Source of the DNA: an uncultured Actinomycetes bacterium
GTDB taxonomy: Bacteria; Actinomycetota; Thermoleophilia; Gaiellales; Gaiellaceae
Length of the DNA: 64,000 nt
NCBI GenBank assembly: GCA_963814525.1
Contig: CAWFDH010000005.1
Location: forward strand, 88,786-152,785
Direction of reading: 5' to 3'
The position numbers were made by a program, and so were the translations under genes. Shown piece by piece: positions 11,448 through 20,859 of this stretch (the first letter of the stretch is position 1; each line of letters opens with the position of its first letter). The notes under the pieces are model-generated. The model searched no databases and was not told where the DNA came from. It was given only the letters and a program-made list of their open reading frames with translations.

Positions 11448-12513
11448 CCGCCCGGCGGCCGCGTGTGGTCGCGGATCCACTGCTCGCAGGTTGCGCGCCT
11501 GCTCGGCCGGATCGTCGGATGCCGGAACGGGCTCGATCCGCACGGGCCGATCGGTGAGCGGCTCGTCTCCGAGTGACGAGACTCCCACGACGATCCCTGC
11601 GATGACAGTGGCGGCTACGGCGGCCAGCGCGTAGGCGAGCTGTCGCAAGCGCCGCGGTCGGCGTGGCCGGATGACCCGGGTGGGCGCGTCGAGCCGCACC
11701 GTCGGCGCCTCGGGGCCCGCGGTCAGCTGCCGGGCGAGCGCGCGTCCGTCGGCCGGACGCTCCTCGGGCCGCCGCTCGAGGCTTCGCATGATCGCCGCCT
11801 TCAGCTCCGGCGGGACGTCGCGGCGGATCTCCGCAGGAGCCTCGTACCCGCGGGTCGCGATCTGAAGGATGTTCTCGCTCTGCCAGGGAAGCGCGCCCGT
11901 GAGCGCCTCGTAGAGGACGACTCCGAGCGAGTAGACGTCCGCCTGCGGGCCGACGGACTCGGCGCAGGCCTGCTCGGGCGCGAGGTACGCGAGCGTGCCG
12001 ACGACCGCGCCGGCCTGGGTGAGCTGCGTCGTGCGCGCCGAGTTCAGCGCGATCCCGAAGTCGCTCACCTTGAGCGCCCCGTCCGAGCGGACGAGGAGGT
12101 TCGCCGGCTTCACGTCCCGGTGGACGACGCCTGCGTCGTGCGCGTAGCCGAGGCCGTCGCAGGCCTGGAGCGCGAGCTCGAGAACACGGTCGGGGTCGAG
12201 CGGCGCCTCACGCTCGAGGATCGCGTCGAGGCCGTCCCCCTCGACGTACTCCATGACGATGAACGGCTCGCCCTCGTCGTCGCCCGCGTCGTAGACGCCG
12301 ACCACGTGTGGATGCGAGAGCCGCGCCGACGGTGAGCGCCTCGCGGCGAAAGCGGTCGTCCGCGCGGTCGCCGTTCGCGATCCGGCCGTCGAGCGCCTTG
12401 ACGGCCACGAGGCGGTCGAGCTCGCGGTCGCGTGCGAGGTAGACGGTGGCCATGCCGCCGCGGCCGAGGACGCGCTCGACCACGTACCTGCCGCCTGCGA
12501 AGGCGGTCGTCAC
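11444..12513 (-). CDS. membrane-anchored Hanks-type Ser/Thr protein kinase (frameshifts near 12335 and probably near 11490)
   Basis: N-terminus [12 protein letters not shown]...VAVK (ORF 12208..12513). It continues as [12 protein letters not shown]...[10 protein letters not shown]...DFG...GTLAYLAPE in ORF 10884..12305, then a TM segment [20 protein letters not shown]. As assembled, the ORF reads on antisense through the sigma gene. A 1-nt correction instead gives ...[13 protein letters not shown]-stop at 11444. Confidence 0.78.
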
Positions 12514-12977
12514 CGGTCGTCCTCGTCGTCGCCGTCACCGTCGCCCGGCGGCCCGTGGTCGCGCTTCTTGTCCTTGTGCGGCTTCTTCTTGTCCTTCGTG
12601 GGCGGCTCCGGGGCGGGCGGCGGTTGCGCTTCCGGCAGGTTCACCACGAGCCGCGCGACCGTCCCGAGCAGCTCGGCGCGCAGCGCGGACGGGATGTCGC
12701 CGGCGGCGATGGCGGCGTCGATGTTCGCCGCGAGCGTCTGGGACGCAGCGCGGGCGGCAGCGGGATCCCCGGCCTCGAGCGCCGCGGCGACGGCGGCCGC
12801 GTCGTCGGCGAGCGCGGTTCCGACCTGCGCCGGGATCCTCGGAGCCTCTTCCGCCGTCGGCTGATCGCTTCCGCAGCCCGAGACCGCGAGGACGAGGGCG
12901 CTACAGGCCGTCAGTAAGACGATCGGCCAGCGAGTGGGGCAGGCCGAGCTCTCGAATCTCCGCTTGAGTAGCCGCAA
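12510..12977 (-). CDS. putative lipoprotein with a Lys-rich, then acidic C-terminal tail
   Basis: The last part of track ORF 12510..13496 has a lipobox ([12 protein letters not shown]) and ends ...[31 protein letters not shown]. The only in-frame start is TTG 12977 ([11 protein letters not shown]...), inside the upstream gene. Its stop overlaps the kinase start (GTGA). Confidence 0.45.
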   Translation of the reverse strand: MRLLKRRFESSACPTRWPIVLLTACSALVLAVSGCGSDQPTAEEAPRIPAQVGTALADDAAAVAAALEAGDPAAARAASQTLAANIDAAIAAGDIPSALRAELLGTVARLVVNLPEAQPPPAPEPPTKDKKKPHKDKKRDHGPPGDGDGDDEDDR

Positions 12978-13633
12978 TGTCGTACGGAACACGTCGGAAG
13001 CGTGCCCATCTTTCGTCTGTGTCAAGCACGAGATACGACGCCTTGGGGTCGCCGTCGCGCGGCTGGCCGACCGAACCGGGGTTGAGGAGCCAGGCGTCGG
13101 CCGGCGCGAGATCGACGTTCGACCCGTCCGGGGCGAGGCCGCCCTCGGTGCCGTCCCCGGTGAGCCAGAACGCGAGCGCGAAGTGGCTGTGCCCGACGAG
13201 CACGAGCTCGCTGTCCACCTGGCGAAGGCACTGGTCGGCCACCTCGATCGAGAGCACGTACTCCCACACGGGATCGCGGGGGCTCGCATGGAAGAGCGCC
13301 GTGTCCGCACGGGAACCGGCCGGCTCGAGCTCCTCGAGGAACGCGCGCGCGTCGTCGGCGAGCACCTCCGCGCGTCCAGCGCGCGCTCACGCCCGCGTCG
13401 TGCGTGAAGACGTCGATGTCGATCTTCCCGAGGACGGCGAGGTCGTGGTTTCCGACGAGGCACACGTCGGCGCGCTCGGCGACGAGGCGGCAGCACTCGT
13501 TCGGACGCGGCCCGTACCCTACGAGGTCACCCAGGCACCAGACCTCGTCCGGCGCCTCGGCATCGATCGCTTCGAGCACCGCCTCGAGGGCATGCAGGTT
13601 CCCGTGAATGTCGCTGACGACGCAGGCGCGCAT
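12901..13633 (-). CDS. metallophosphoesterase, YfcE/MJ0936-like (one frameshift near 13375)
   Basis: SDIHGN, GDLVGYGP and GNHD are in ORF 13022..13633. GHSH and the C-terminal half are in ORF 12901..13365. Confidence 0.8.
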
Positions 13634-13639
13634 ACCCGG

Positions 13640-14867
13640 CGCCGAACGCTAACCAAGGCCGCGGTCGGGATCGGTCTCGCCGCCGTGTGGATCGGCGTCG
13701 CAGCGCTGGCTCTGGCGCACCGAGGTTCCCGGGGATCTCGACCTGCCGACCCTCGATCCCGGGGCGTTCTTCTCGGCCGAGCACCTGAGCCGCGCCGAGC
13801 GCTGGGGCCGCGGCTCGCGGGTCCTCTACTTCGTCCGCCTGGCCGTGGAGCTGGCCGTCGTCGGCGTTCTTCGTGTGGAAGGGGAAGGCGCTCGCCGCGT
13901 GGCTCGCAGCGCTGGACGAAAGGCCGCGTGCGCACCGCCGTCGCGGTCTGCTGGATCGTCGTCCTCTCCGTCTGGCTCGCGTGGCGGCCGCTCGGCGCGA
14001 TCGGGCACTGGCGCCAGCGCGAGTACGGGCTCACGAACCAGGGCTACGACGGCTGGTTCCTCGACTCGGCGCGCTCGGTCGGGATCGAGCTCGTCCTCTA
14101 CGGGATCGCGGTCGGCCGGCGCGGTCTGGCTGGCCGCGCGGTTCGGCCGGCGCTGGTGGCTCGTGGCCTCGCCGATCCTCGTCGGCGCTGAGCGTCGTCT
14201 TCATCCTCGTGCAGCCGCTCGTCCTCCAGCCGCTCGCGAACGACTACCGGCCGCTGCCGGACAAGCGTCTCGCGGCCGAGGTGCAGCGGCTCGCCGTGGA
14301 GATGGGCGTCGACGTGGACACGGTCGAGGTCTCGGACGCGAGCCGGCGCACGACAGTCGCCGAACGCCTACATCGCCGGGATCGGCCCGACGCGCCGGGT
14401 GATCTTCGACGACACGATCCTCGACGGCCGCTTCGACGAGGCGGAGCTCCTCTCGGTGACCGCGCACGAGCTGGCGCACGTCGAGCGGCGGCACCTCTGG
14501 AAGGGGCTCGTGTGGTTCGCGCTCTTCGCGATCCCGGGTCTCGCGCTCGTCGCGTGGGTGACGGAGCGCCACGGCGGTCTCCGCGACCCCGGCGTCGTGC
14601 CGCTCGCGCTGCTCACCGCGCTGCTTTTCACGCTGGCGACGATGCCGCTCCAGAACGCGGCGTCCCGCCGCTACGAGGCCGAGGCCGATTGGCTCGCGCT
14701 CGTGGCGACGAACGATCCCGACGCGATGATCGGGCTCCAGACCGGAGCTCACCGAGTCGTCGGTCAGCAATCCCGACCCGCCCACGTGGTCGCGCGTGCT
14801 CTTCTCGACCCATCCGTCCTCGATGCAGCGGATCGCGATGGCCGAGGCGTACCGCGCCCGTCCGTAG
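13640..14867 (+). pseudogene. M48 (Ste24/HtpX-like) zinc metallopeptidase, at least 7 frame changes
   Basis: Membrane-protein homology hops between all three plus frames: AAVGIGLAAVWIGVAALALA / FVRLAVELAVVGV / WKGKALAAWL / AVCWIVVLSVWLAWRPLG...GIELVLYGIAV / WLAARFGRRWWLVASPILVG / LSVVFILVQPL...VSDASRRTT / VIFDDTIL...TAHELAHVERRH (HExxH) / ...STHPSSMQRIAMAEAYRARP-stop. The start is approximate. Confidence 0.65.
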
Positions 14868-14876
14868 GATCTCCTC

Positions 14877-16399
14877 GTGGATCGACGAAGGGACACGCCG
14901 CAGTCGAGCGGCTCGCCGCGGCGCTGAGCGAGGTCGCGGGCGTGCCGGTCGCGCTCGAGCGCCCGCGCGACGCCTCGCACGGCGACTACGCGACGAACGT
15001 CGCGCTGCAGCTCGCGCCCTCGCGCGGGATGAAGCCGATGGACCTGGCCGAGGAGCTCGCGGCCGCGGCCCGTGCGCTCCCGGGTGTCGCGCAGGCGACC
15101 GCGGCGCCGCCCGGCTTCTTGAACCTCGAGCTCGAACCCGCATGGTTCGGCGAGACGCTCGCCGAGATGCTCGCGGACGGCCGCGACTACGGCCGCGGCA
15201 CGCCGGATCCCAGACAGAAGATTCAGGTGGAGCTGGTCTCCGCCAACCCGACCGGTCCGATCACGGTCGCGTCTGCGCGAAACGCCGCCTACGGCGATGC
15301 GGTCGCGCGGCTCCTCGACTTCTCCGGCCACGAGGTCTCGCGCGAGTACTACGTGAACGACATCGGAGAGCAGATCGTCCGCTACCGGGCCTCGGTGGAC
15401 GCCCGCGCCCGCGGAGAGGAGCCGCCCGAGGACGGCTACCAGGGCGAGTACCTGAACGAGATCGCCGCGATCGAGGGCGATCCGGTCGAGGTCATGCTGG
15501 AGCGGATCGGCGAGACGCTCGAGCGCTTCCGCGTCCACATCGACAGCTGGGTGCGCCAGAGCGAGGTCGAGGTCTCGCTGGAGCAGACGCTGGCCGAGCT
15601 GCCGCTCTACGACGAGGAGGGCGCCAAGTGGCTCCCGACGACGAAGTGGGGCGACGACAAGGACCGCGTGGTCGTGCGCGCCGACGGCCGGCCGACCTAC
15701 TACGCGGCCGACCTCGCCTACATCCGGCACAAGTTCGCCCGCGGCTTCGAGCGGCTCATCTACGTGCTCGGCGCCGACCACCACGGCTACGTCGGACGCC
15801 TGCGCGCCGCCGCCGCGGCGTTCGGGCACGAGCCCGACGACGTCGAGGTGCTGATCTACCAGCTCGTCCATCTCAACGAGGGCGGCGAGGCGCGCAAGGT
15901 CTCGAAGCGGAGCGGCGACGTCGTCTTCCTGGACGAGTTCATGGACGAGGTCGGCGTGGACGCCGCGCGCTGGTTCCTCATTTCCCGCGGCTACGACCAG
16001 GCGATCGAGATCGACGTCGACCTCGCGCGCGACAAGACGGACAAGAACCCCGTGTACTACGTCCAGTACGCCCACGCCCGCATCGCCGGGATCCTTCGCA
16101 ACGCCGGCGACCGCGCGGCCTCGTCGGAGCCGGGCGAGCTCGCCCCGGAGGAGCGCGAGCTGATCAAGCGCCTCGCCGACTTTCCGCTGATCGCCGCCGA
16201 GGCGACGCACCGGCGCGGCCCGCACGCGATCCCGACCTACGCGATCCGGGTCGCGGACGACTTCCACCGCTTCTACCACGAGCACCGTGTGCTCGACTCC
16301 GACGCGGAGGCGTTCCGGCTCGGCCTGTGCCGCGCGACGCAGTCCGTGATCGCGCGCTGCCTCGACCTGATCGGGGTCGACGCGCCCGATCGGATGTAG
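14877..16399 (+). CDS. argS: arginine--tRNA ligase
   Basis: The latter part of track ORF 14399..16399 shows HGDYATNVAL, VSANPTGPITVASARN (HIGH-region equivalent), GADHHGY and KVSKRSG (KMSK-like), ending ...DAPDRM. The nearest start, GTG 14877, is out of frame by one, so the extreme 5' end is uncertain. Confidence 0.9.
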
Positions 16400-16413
16400 G
16401 CTCGCTCCCGGTC

Positions 16414-17391
16414 ATGCCGCCGCGTGGCGTACCGGGGTTCGATCCGCCGCCTTCCGAGACGACGGACGTCCTGCGCAAGCTCTCGGCCGGCCTCGACGAG
16501 AAGATCCCGGCCAAGGTCGTCGACCGCAACCTCCTGATCGGAACCTGGAACATCCAGGCGCTCGGCCGCATCACGCCGCGCTGGAAGCCCAAGGACGACG
16601 ACAGCCCGAAACGCAACCTCACCGACCTCTGCTGCATCGCCGAGATCGTCTCGCGCTTCGACGTCGTCGCTCTCGTCGAGGTGAAGCGCAACCTCGAGGC
16701 GCTGCGGCTGCTCATGGACGTCCTCGGCGAGGACTGGGGCTTCATCGTCACCGACACGGTCGAGGGGGAGCCGGGAAACGACGAGCGGCTGGGCTTCGTG
16801 TTCGACCGGCGGCGGATTCAGCTCGCAGGGCTGGCGGGCGAGATCGTCATTCCGGACAGCGAGCTCGCCGGCGCCGACGCGATCCTGCGCGACCAGTTCG
16901 CGCGCACGCCGTACGCGGTCAGCTTCCGGGCGGGCGACCAGGGCTTCACGCTCGTCTCGATCCACGTCATCTGGGGCGCGGGCGCGGCCGACCGGACGCC
17001 GGAGCTGCGCCGGTTCGCCAAGTGGCTCTCGGACGCGTCTCGAGATCCGGACGACTTCAACCGCAACATGATCGCGCTCGGCGACTTCAACATCGACCGC
17101 CACGACGATCCCAACTGGCGCGCGTTCGTCGTCGAGTACGGCCTGTCGCCGCCCGAGCAGCTGTTCAACCTCCCGCGCACCGTCGGGGACACGCCGGAGA
17201 AGCACTCGTACTTCGACCAGATCGCGTGGTTCACGACGGGCAAGGGCTCGGCGCTGACCCTGAACTACAGCGGCAAGGCGGGCGGGTTCATGTGGACGGA
17301 CTACCTCCTCGTCGGCGAGCAGCGCCGCCGCAAGGAGTCGCGGATCTCCGACCACTACCCGCTCTGGGCGGAGTTCCTCCTGCGGGACTGA
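16414..17391 (+). CDS. endonuclease/exonuclease/phosphatase (EEP, DNase I-like) family protein
   Basis: The real part of the chimeric 13873..17391 track ORF starts at ATG 16414. Motifs seen: GTWNIQAL, VALVEV, GDFN and a C-terminal SDHYPLWAEF. Confidence 0.75.
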   Translation: MPPRGVPGFDPPPSETTDVLRKLSAGLDEKIPAKVVDRNLLIGTWNIQALGRITPRWKPKDDDSPKRNLTDLCCIAEIVSRFDVVALVEVKRNLEALRLLMDVLGEDWGFIVTDTVEGEPGNDERLGFVFDRRRIQLAGLAGEIVIPDSELAGADAILRDQFARTPYAVSFRAGDQGFTLVSIHVIWGAGAADRTPELRRFAKWLSDASRDPDDFNRNMIALGDFNIDRHDDPNWRAFVVEYGLSPPEQLFNLPRTVGDTPEKHSYFDQIAWFTTGKGSALTLNYSGKAGGFMWTDYLLVGEQRRRKESRISDHYPLWAEFLLRD

Positions 17392-17394
17392 CCG

Positions 17395-18182
17395 ATGCCC
17401 GAGGTTCGAGCCAACGGCGTGTCGCTGTACTTCGAGGAGTACGGAGCCGGGGAGCCGATCGTCGGGATCCACGGGACCGGCAGCTCGATGGCGCTGTGGG
17501 AATCCGCCGCGACCGTGCTCGGACAGCACGGCCGCGCGATCGTCTACGACCGCCGCGGCTTCGGACGCAGCGCGCAACCCGCGCCGTTCGCCACGGACGT
17601 GCATCAGCAGGCGGACGACGCCGCGGCGCTCATCGCTGCCCTCGACGCCGCGCCGGCGATCGTGATCGGGCGGAGCCAGGGCGGCGAGATCGCGGTCGAT
17701 CTCGCTCTGCGCTACCCGGACCGAGTTCGCGCGCTGGCGCTCCTGGAAGGCGGAGCGCTCGCGCTCGGCCCGCAGATGCAGGAATGGCTCGCGGACGTGG
17801 ACGAGCAGGTCTTCGCCGCCGCGGAGCCGATGTCGACACGGTTGGAGAGACGATGATCCGTGCCGTGCTCGGCGACGAGGGCTGGGAGGCCTGGCCGGCC
17901 GAAGTGCAGGAGATCTTCACCGAGAACGGCCCGGGGATCGCGGCCGAGCATCGCGGCGGGCTGCTCGACGTCACGCCGGACGAGCTCCGGTCGATCGCCC
18001 ATCAGGCGCTGATCGTCGGCGGCAAGGAGTCGGGCCCGGCCTTCGCCGAGGTGACGAATCTCATGGCCGCGTCGATGCCGAACGCCGAGGTCGAATGGGT
18101 CGAGTCCGGCCACGTGATCGACGCAGCGCATCCCGTCGTCCTCGACTTCGTCGACCGCGTGCTGGCGCGTCCGCTGCTCTAG
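17395..18182 (+). CDS. alpha/beta hydrolase (one frameshift near 17835)
   Basis: HGTGSS and the nucleophile elbow GRSQGG are in ORF 17395..17856. The C-terminal half, with GHVIDAAHP, is in the frame of ORF 17022..18182. Confidence 0.75.
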
Positions 18183-18193
18183 GATCGGCGAGC

Positions 18194-19177
18194 ATGCCCG
18201 TCCCTCCGGATCGCAACCTGGCGCTCGAGCTCGTCCGTGTGACCGAGGCCGCCGCGCTCGGTGCGGGGCGCTGGGTCGGCCGTGGAGACAAGATCGCCGC
18301 CGACCAGGCCGCCGTCGACGGCATGCGCGCCGTCCTCGACACGGTCACGATGCACGGCACGGTCGTGATCGGCGAGGGGGAGAAGGACGAGGCGCCGATG
18401 CTCTACAACGGCGAGGAGGTCGGCGACGGCCACCCGCCCGAGGTGGACGTGGCCGTCGATCCGCTCGAGGGCACGACGCTCACCGCCCGCGGCGCGCCCA
18501 ACGCGATCGCCGTGATCGCGGTCGCCGAGCGCGGCACGATGTTCTTCCCGGGCGCAGCGGTCTACATGGACAAGATCGCCGCCGGCGCGGAGATCGCGAG
18601 CGCCATCGACCTCGATGCGTCGCCCGCTGAGAACATCGCCGCCGCGGCGAAGGCCAAGGGCGTCAAGCCGAGCGACATCTCCGTCACCGTCCTCGACCGC
18701 ACGCGCAACGAGGAGCTGATCGCGGCCCTGCGCGACTGCGGCGCGAAGGTGAACCTCATCACCGACGGCGACGTCGCTCCCGCGATCGCGGCCGCGAACC
18801 CGCAGCGACCCGTCGACCTGATGATGGGCATCGGCGGAACCCCGGAGGGCGTCATCGCCGCTGCGGCGGTGAAGTGCCTCGGCGGCGCGGTGCAGGGACG
18901 GCTGTGGCCGCGCAACGACGAGGAGCGCCAGGCGCTCGTCGAGGCCGGCTACGACGTGGACAAGGTTCTCACCACCGACGACCTCGTCTCCGGCGACGAC
19001 GTCTTCATGGCCGCGACCGGCGTCACCGACGGCGCGCTCCTCGACGGCGTCCGCTACACCCCCGGCGGCGCGGTCACCGACTCGATCGTGATGCGCTCCC
19101 GCTCAGGGACGGTTCGGAGAGTCCAGGCGTGGCACGAGCTCGAGAAGCTAGTCCGCTTCTCCGGGCGCGAGTACTAG
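18194..19177 (+). CDS. glpX: class II fructose-1,6-bisphosphatase
   Basis: From ATG 18194: [38 protein letters not shown]. The ORF is intact. Confidence 0.92.
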   Translation: MPVPPDRNLALELVRVTEAAALGAGRWVGRGDKIAADQAAVDGMRAVLDTVTMHGTVVIGEGEKDEAPMLYNGEEVGDGHPPEVDVAVDPLEGTTLTARGAPNAIAVIAVAERGTMFFPGAAVYMDKIAAGAEIASAIDLDASPAENIAAAAKAKGVKPSDISVTVLDRTRNEELIAALRDCGAKVNLITDGDVAPAIAAANPQRPVDLMMGIGGTPEGVIAAAAVKCLGGAVQGRLWPRNDEERQALVEAGYDVDKVLTTDDLVSGDDVFMAATGVTDGALLDGVRYTPGGAVTDSIVMRSRSGTVRRVQAWHELEKLVRFSGREY

Positions 19178-20200
19178 GCCGCGACAGCCGACTCCATGTC
19201 CGCCGTGTAGCTCCCGGAGCGCGCAGCGCCGTTCAGCCGCGCGCGGTGCAGATACGCAGCCTGCGCCGCCGCGACGTTCTCCGCCTTGCCGGCCCACGCC
19301 TTCAGCGCGGGCGCCTGGAGCGCGCGGCCGTACGAGAACGACAGCTGCCACGGATGCGGCCCGAGCGCGTTCATCGCGTTCAGGTGGGCGGTCGCGTCCT
19401 CGTCGGTCTGGCCGCCGGAGAGGAACACGATCCCCGGCACCGCGGCCGGGACGTGGCGGTAGAAGCACTCCATCGTCGCCTGCGCGACCTCCTCGGCGCC
19501 GGCCCGCGACGACGCCTCGTAGCCGCGAGAGCACCATGTTCGGCTTGAGCAGCGTCCCGCTGAGCTCGACGCGCTGGTCGTGCAGCTCCGTGTAGAGCGC
19601 GTTCAGGGCACGGCCGGTCGCACTCGAGCTCTCCTCGAGCGTGTGCGTCCCGTCCTGGAGCACCTCGGGCTCGACGATCGGGACGATGTCGGCCTCCTGG
19701 CACAGCGCGGCGTAGCGGGCCAGCGCGTGCGCGTTCGTCCAGACGCAGTACTCGGACGGAAGCCCGCCGCCGATCGAGTACGTCGCCCGCCACTTGGCGA
19801 AGCGCGCGCCCAGCTCGGCGTACTCGGCGAGGCGCTCGCGCAGCCCGTCGAGGCCCTCGGTGACCGTCTCGCCCTCGGAGAGCGCCAGCGGCTTCGCGCC
19901 GGTGTCGACCTTGATGCCGGGGATGATCCCCTTGGAGGAGAGCACCTCGCGCAGCGGCGTCCCGTCGGCGGCGTCCTGGCGCAGCGTCTCGTCGAAGAGG
20001 ATCACGCCGCTGATGTGGTTCTCGGATCCCTCGGCGCGGAACAGGAACTCGCGGTAGTCGCGCCGGTTGTCCTCGGTGGACTCCACGCCGATCGAGTCGA
20101 ACCGCTTCTTGATCGTCCCCGAGGACTCGTCGGCGGCCAGAATTCCCTTGCCGTCCGCGACGAGCGCCTTCGCAGTCTCGTTGAGCTTCTGCAGATCCAT
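19174..20200 (-). CDS. fba: class I (Schiff-base) fructose-bisphosphate aldolase (one frameshift near 19500-19530)
   Basis: From ATG 20200 (GGAGGAGG upstream): [31 protein letters not shown] (Schiff-base Lys context). The C-terminus FLSGGQ...SFSYGRALQ is in ORF 19174..19473. Confidence 0.85.
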
Positions 20201-20296
20201 CGTCCTCCTCCTTGCCTCTCCGACGAGGACGATTATCCCCGATTCAGGCACGGCGAAGCGGGCGCCTTCCCTCCGCGCCGAAACCGCGCTACTCTT

Positions 20297-20318
20297 CCGT
20301 CCCGAAACGGGGGGACGG
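20297..20318 (-). terminator. short stem-loop downstream of flp
   Basis: CCGTCCC-N8-GGGACGG, about 35 nt after the flp stop on the minus strand. There is no U-tract. Confidence 0.3.
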
Positions 20319-20353
20319 CTATGCGGCGGCCTGTCCCTCCGTTTTTCTTGCGT

Positions 20354-20512
20354 CTAGCCGAAGAACCCGACGACCGTCTCGACCCGTGATTGCACGCGGT
20401 CGGAGAGCAGCGTCAGCGCAAGGATGATCGCGGGAGTGATGACCGCCAGAACGACCGCGTATTCGGTCATCGTCTGGCCGTCCTCCCGCTTCAGCTGTCG
20501 AACTGCACGCAT
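20354..20512 (-). CDS. flp: Flp family type IVb pilin (52 aa, below the ORF-track size cutoff)
   Basis: Hand translation: MRAVRQLKREDGQTMTEYAVVLAVITPAIILALTLLSDRVQSRVETVVGFFG. It has the hallmark G/xxxxEY prepilin motif plus a hydrophobic helix. AGGAGG lies 7 nt upstream of the ATG. Confidence 0.7.
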   Translation of the reverse strand: MRAVRQLKREDGQTMTEYAVVLAVITPAIILALTLLSDRVQSRVETVVGFFG

Positions 20513-20619
20513 GCGTCCACCTCCTGGTTGGCGGGCCGCACGCCCCCGTTCGAATCTGTCTATTTCTATTGTCGGGGGCGGAAGGGGATTCGGCTATCCC
20601 TCGCTAGAATGACCCGCGC

Positions 20620-20692
20620 GCGGACGTAGCTCAGTTGGTAGAGCATCAGCTTCCCAAGCTGAGGGTCGTGGGTTCGAGCCCCATCGTCCGCT
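20620..20692 (+). tRNA. tRNA-Gly (anticodon CCC)
   Basis: A 73-nt cloverleaf folded by hand: acceptor GCGGACG/CGTCCGC, D-arm GCTC-AGTTGGTA-GAGC, anticodon stem TCAGC/GCTGA with loop TT-CCC-AA, and T-arm GTGGG-TTCGAGC-CCCAT. CCA is not encoded. Confidence 0.9.
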
Positions 20693-20859
20693 CTCCCTCC
20701 GGAACAAATCTGCCGGACGCTGCGCGGCCGTCAGCGATTCGTTCCGGATTTCTGGTCTCCGAGGGCGGTTGTGAGCCGCGCCCGCCGGGTCGGTCGCGGC
20801 GGCATCGGGTTTCTCCGGGTAGCTGACGGGCAGAACCCTTCCGTGCTGCGGGGAGCCTG

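Noticed and set aside
14201-16285. 694-aa antisense ORF opposite argS, and similar long ORFs (51..845, 1367..3037, 16273..17604, 20731..22512, 31573..32787, 38519..40477, 46006..47502, 48031..49446, 53321..54451, 61260..63206 first two-thirds)
   Set aside because: Their composition is dominated by R, G, A, P, D and E with no recognisable motifs. Each overlaps a gene with strong family signatures in another frame or strand. They are shadow ORFs of a high-GC genome.
13873-17391. 1172-aa ORF that looks like a giant protein
   Set aside because: Most of it is Arg/Pro/Gly/Ala-rich off-frame translation across the M48 peptidase and argS regions, typical of open wrong frames in ~70% GC DNA. Only a short segment within the M48 peptidase region (LSVVFILVQPL...) and the last 325 aa (the EEP protein, from ATG 16414) look like real protein.
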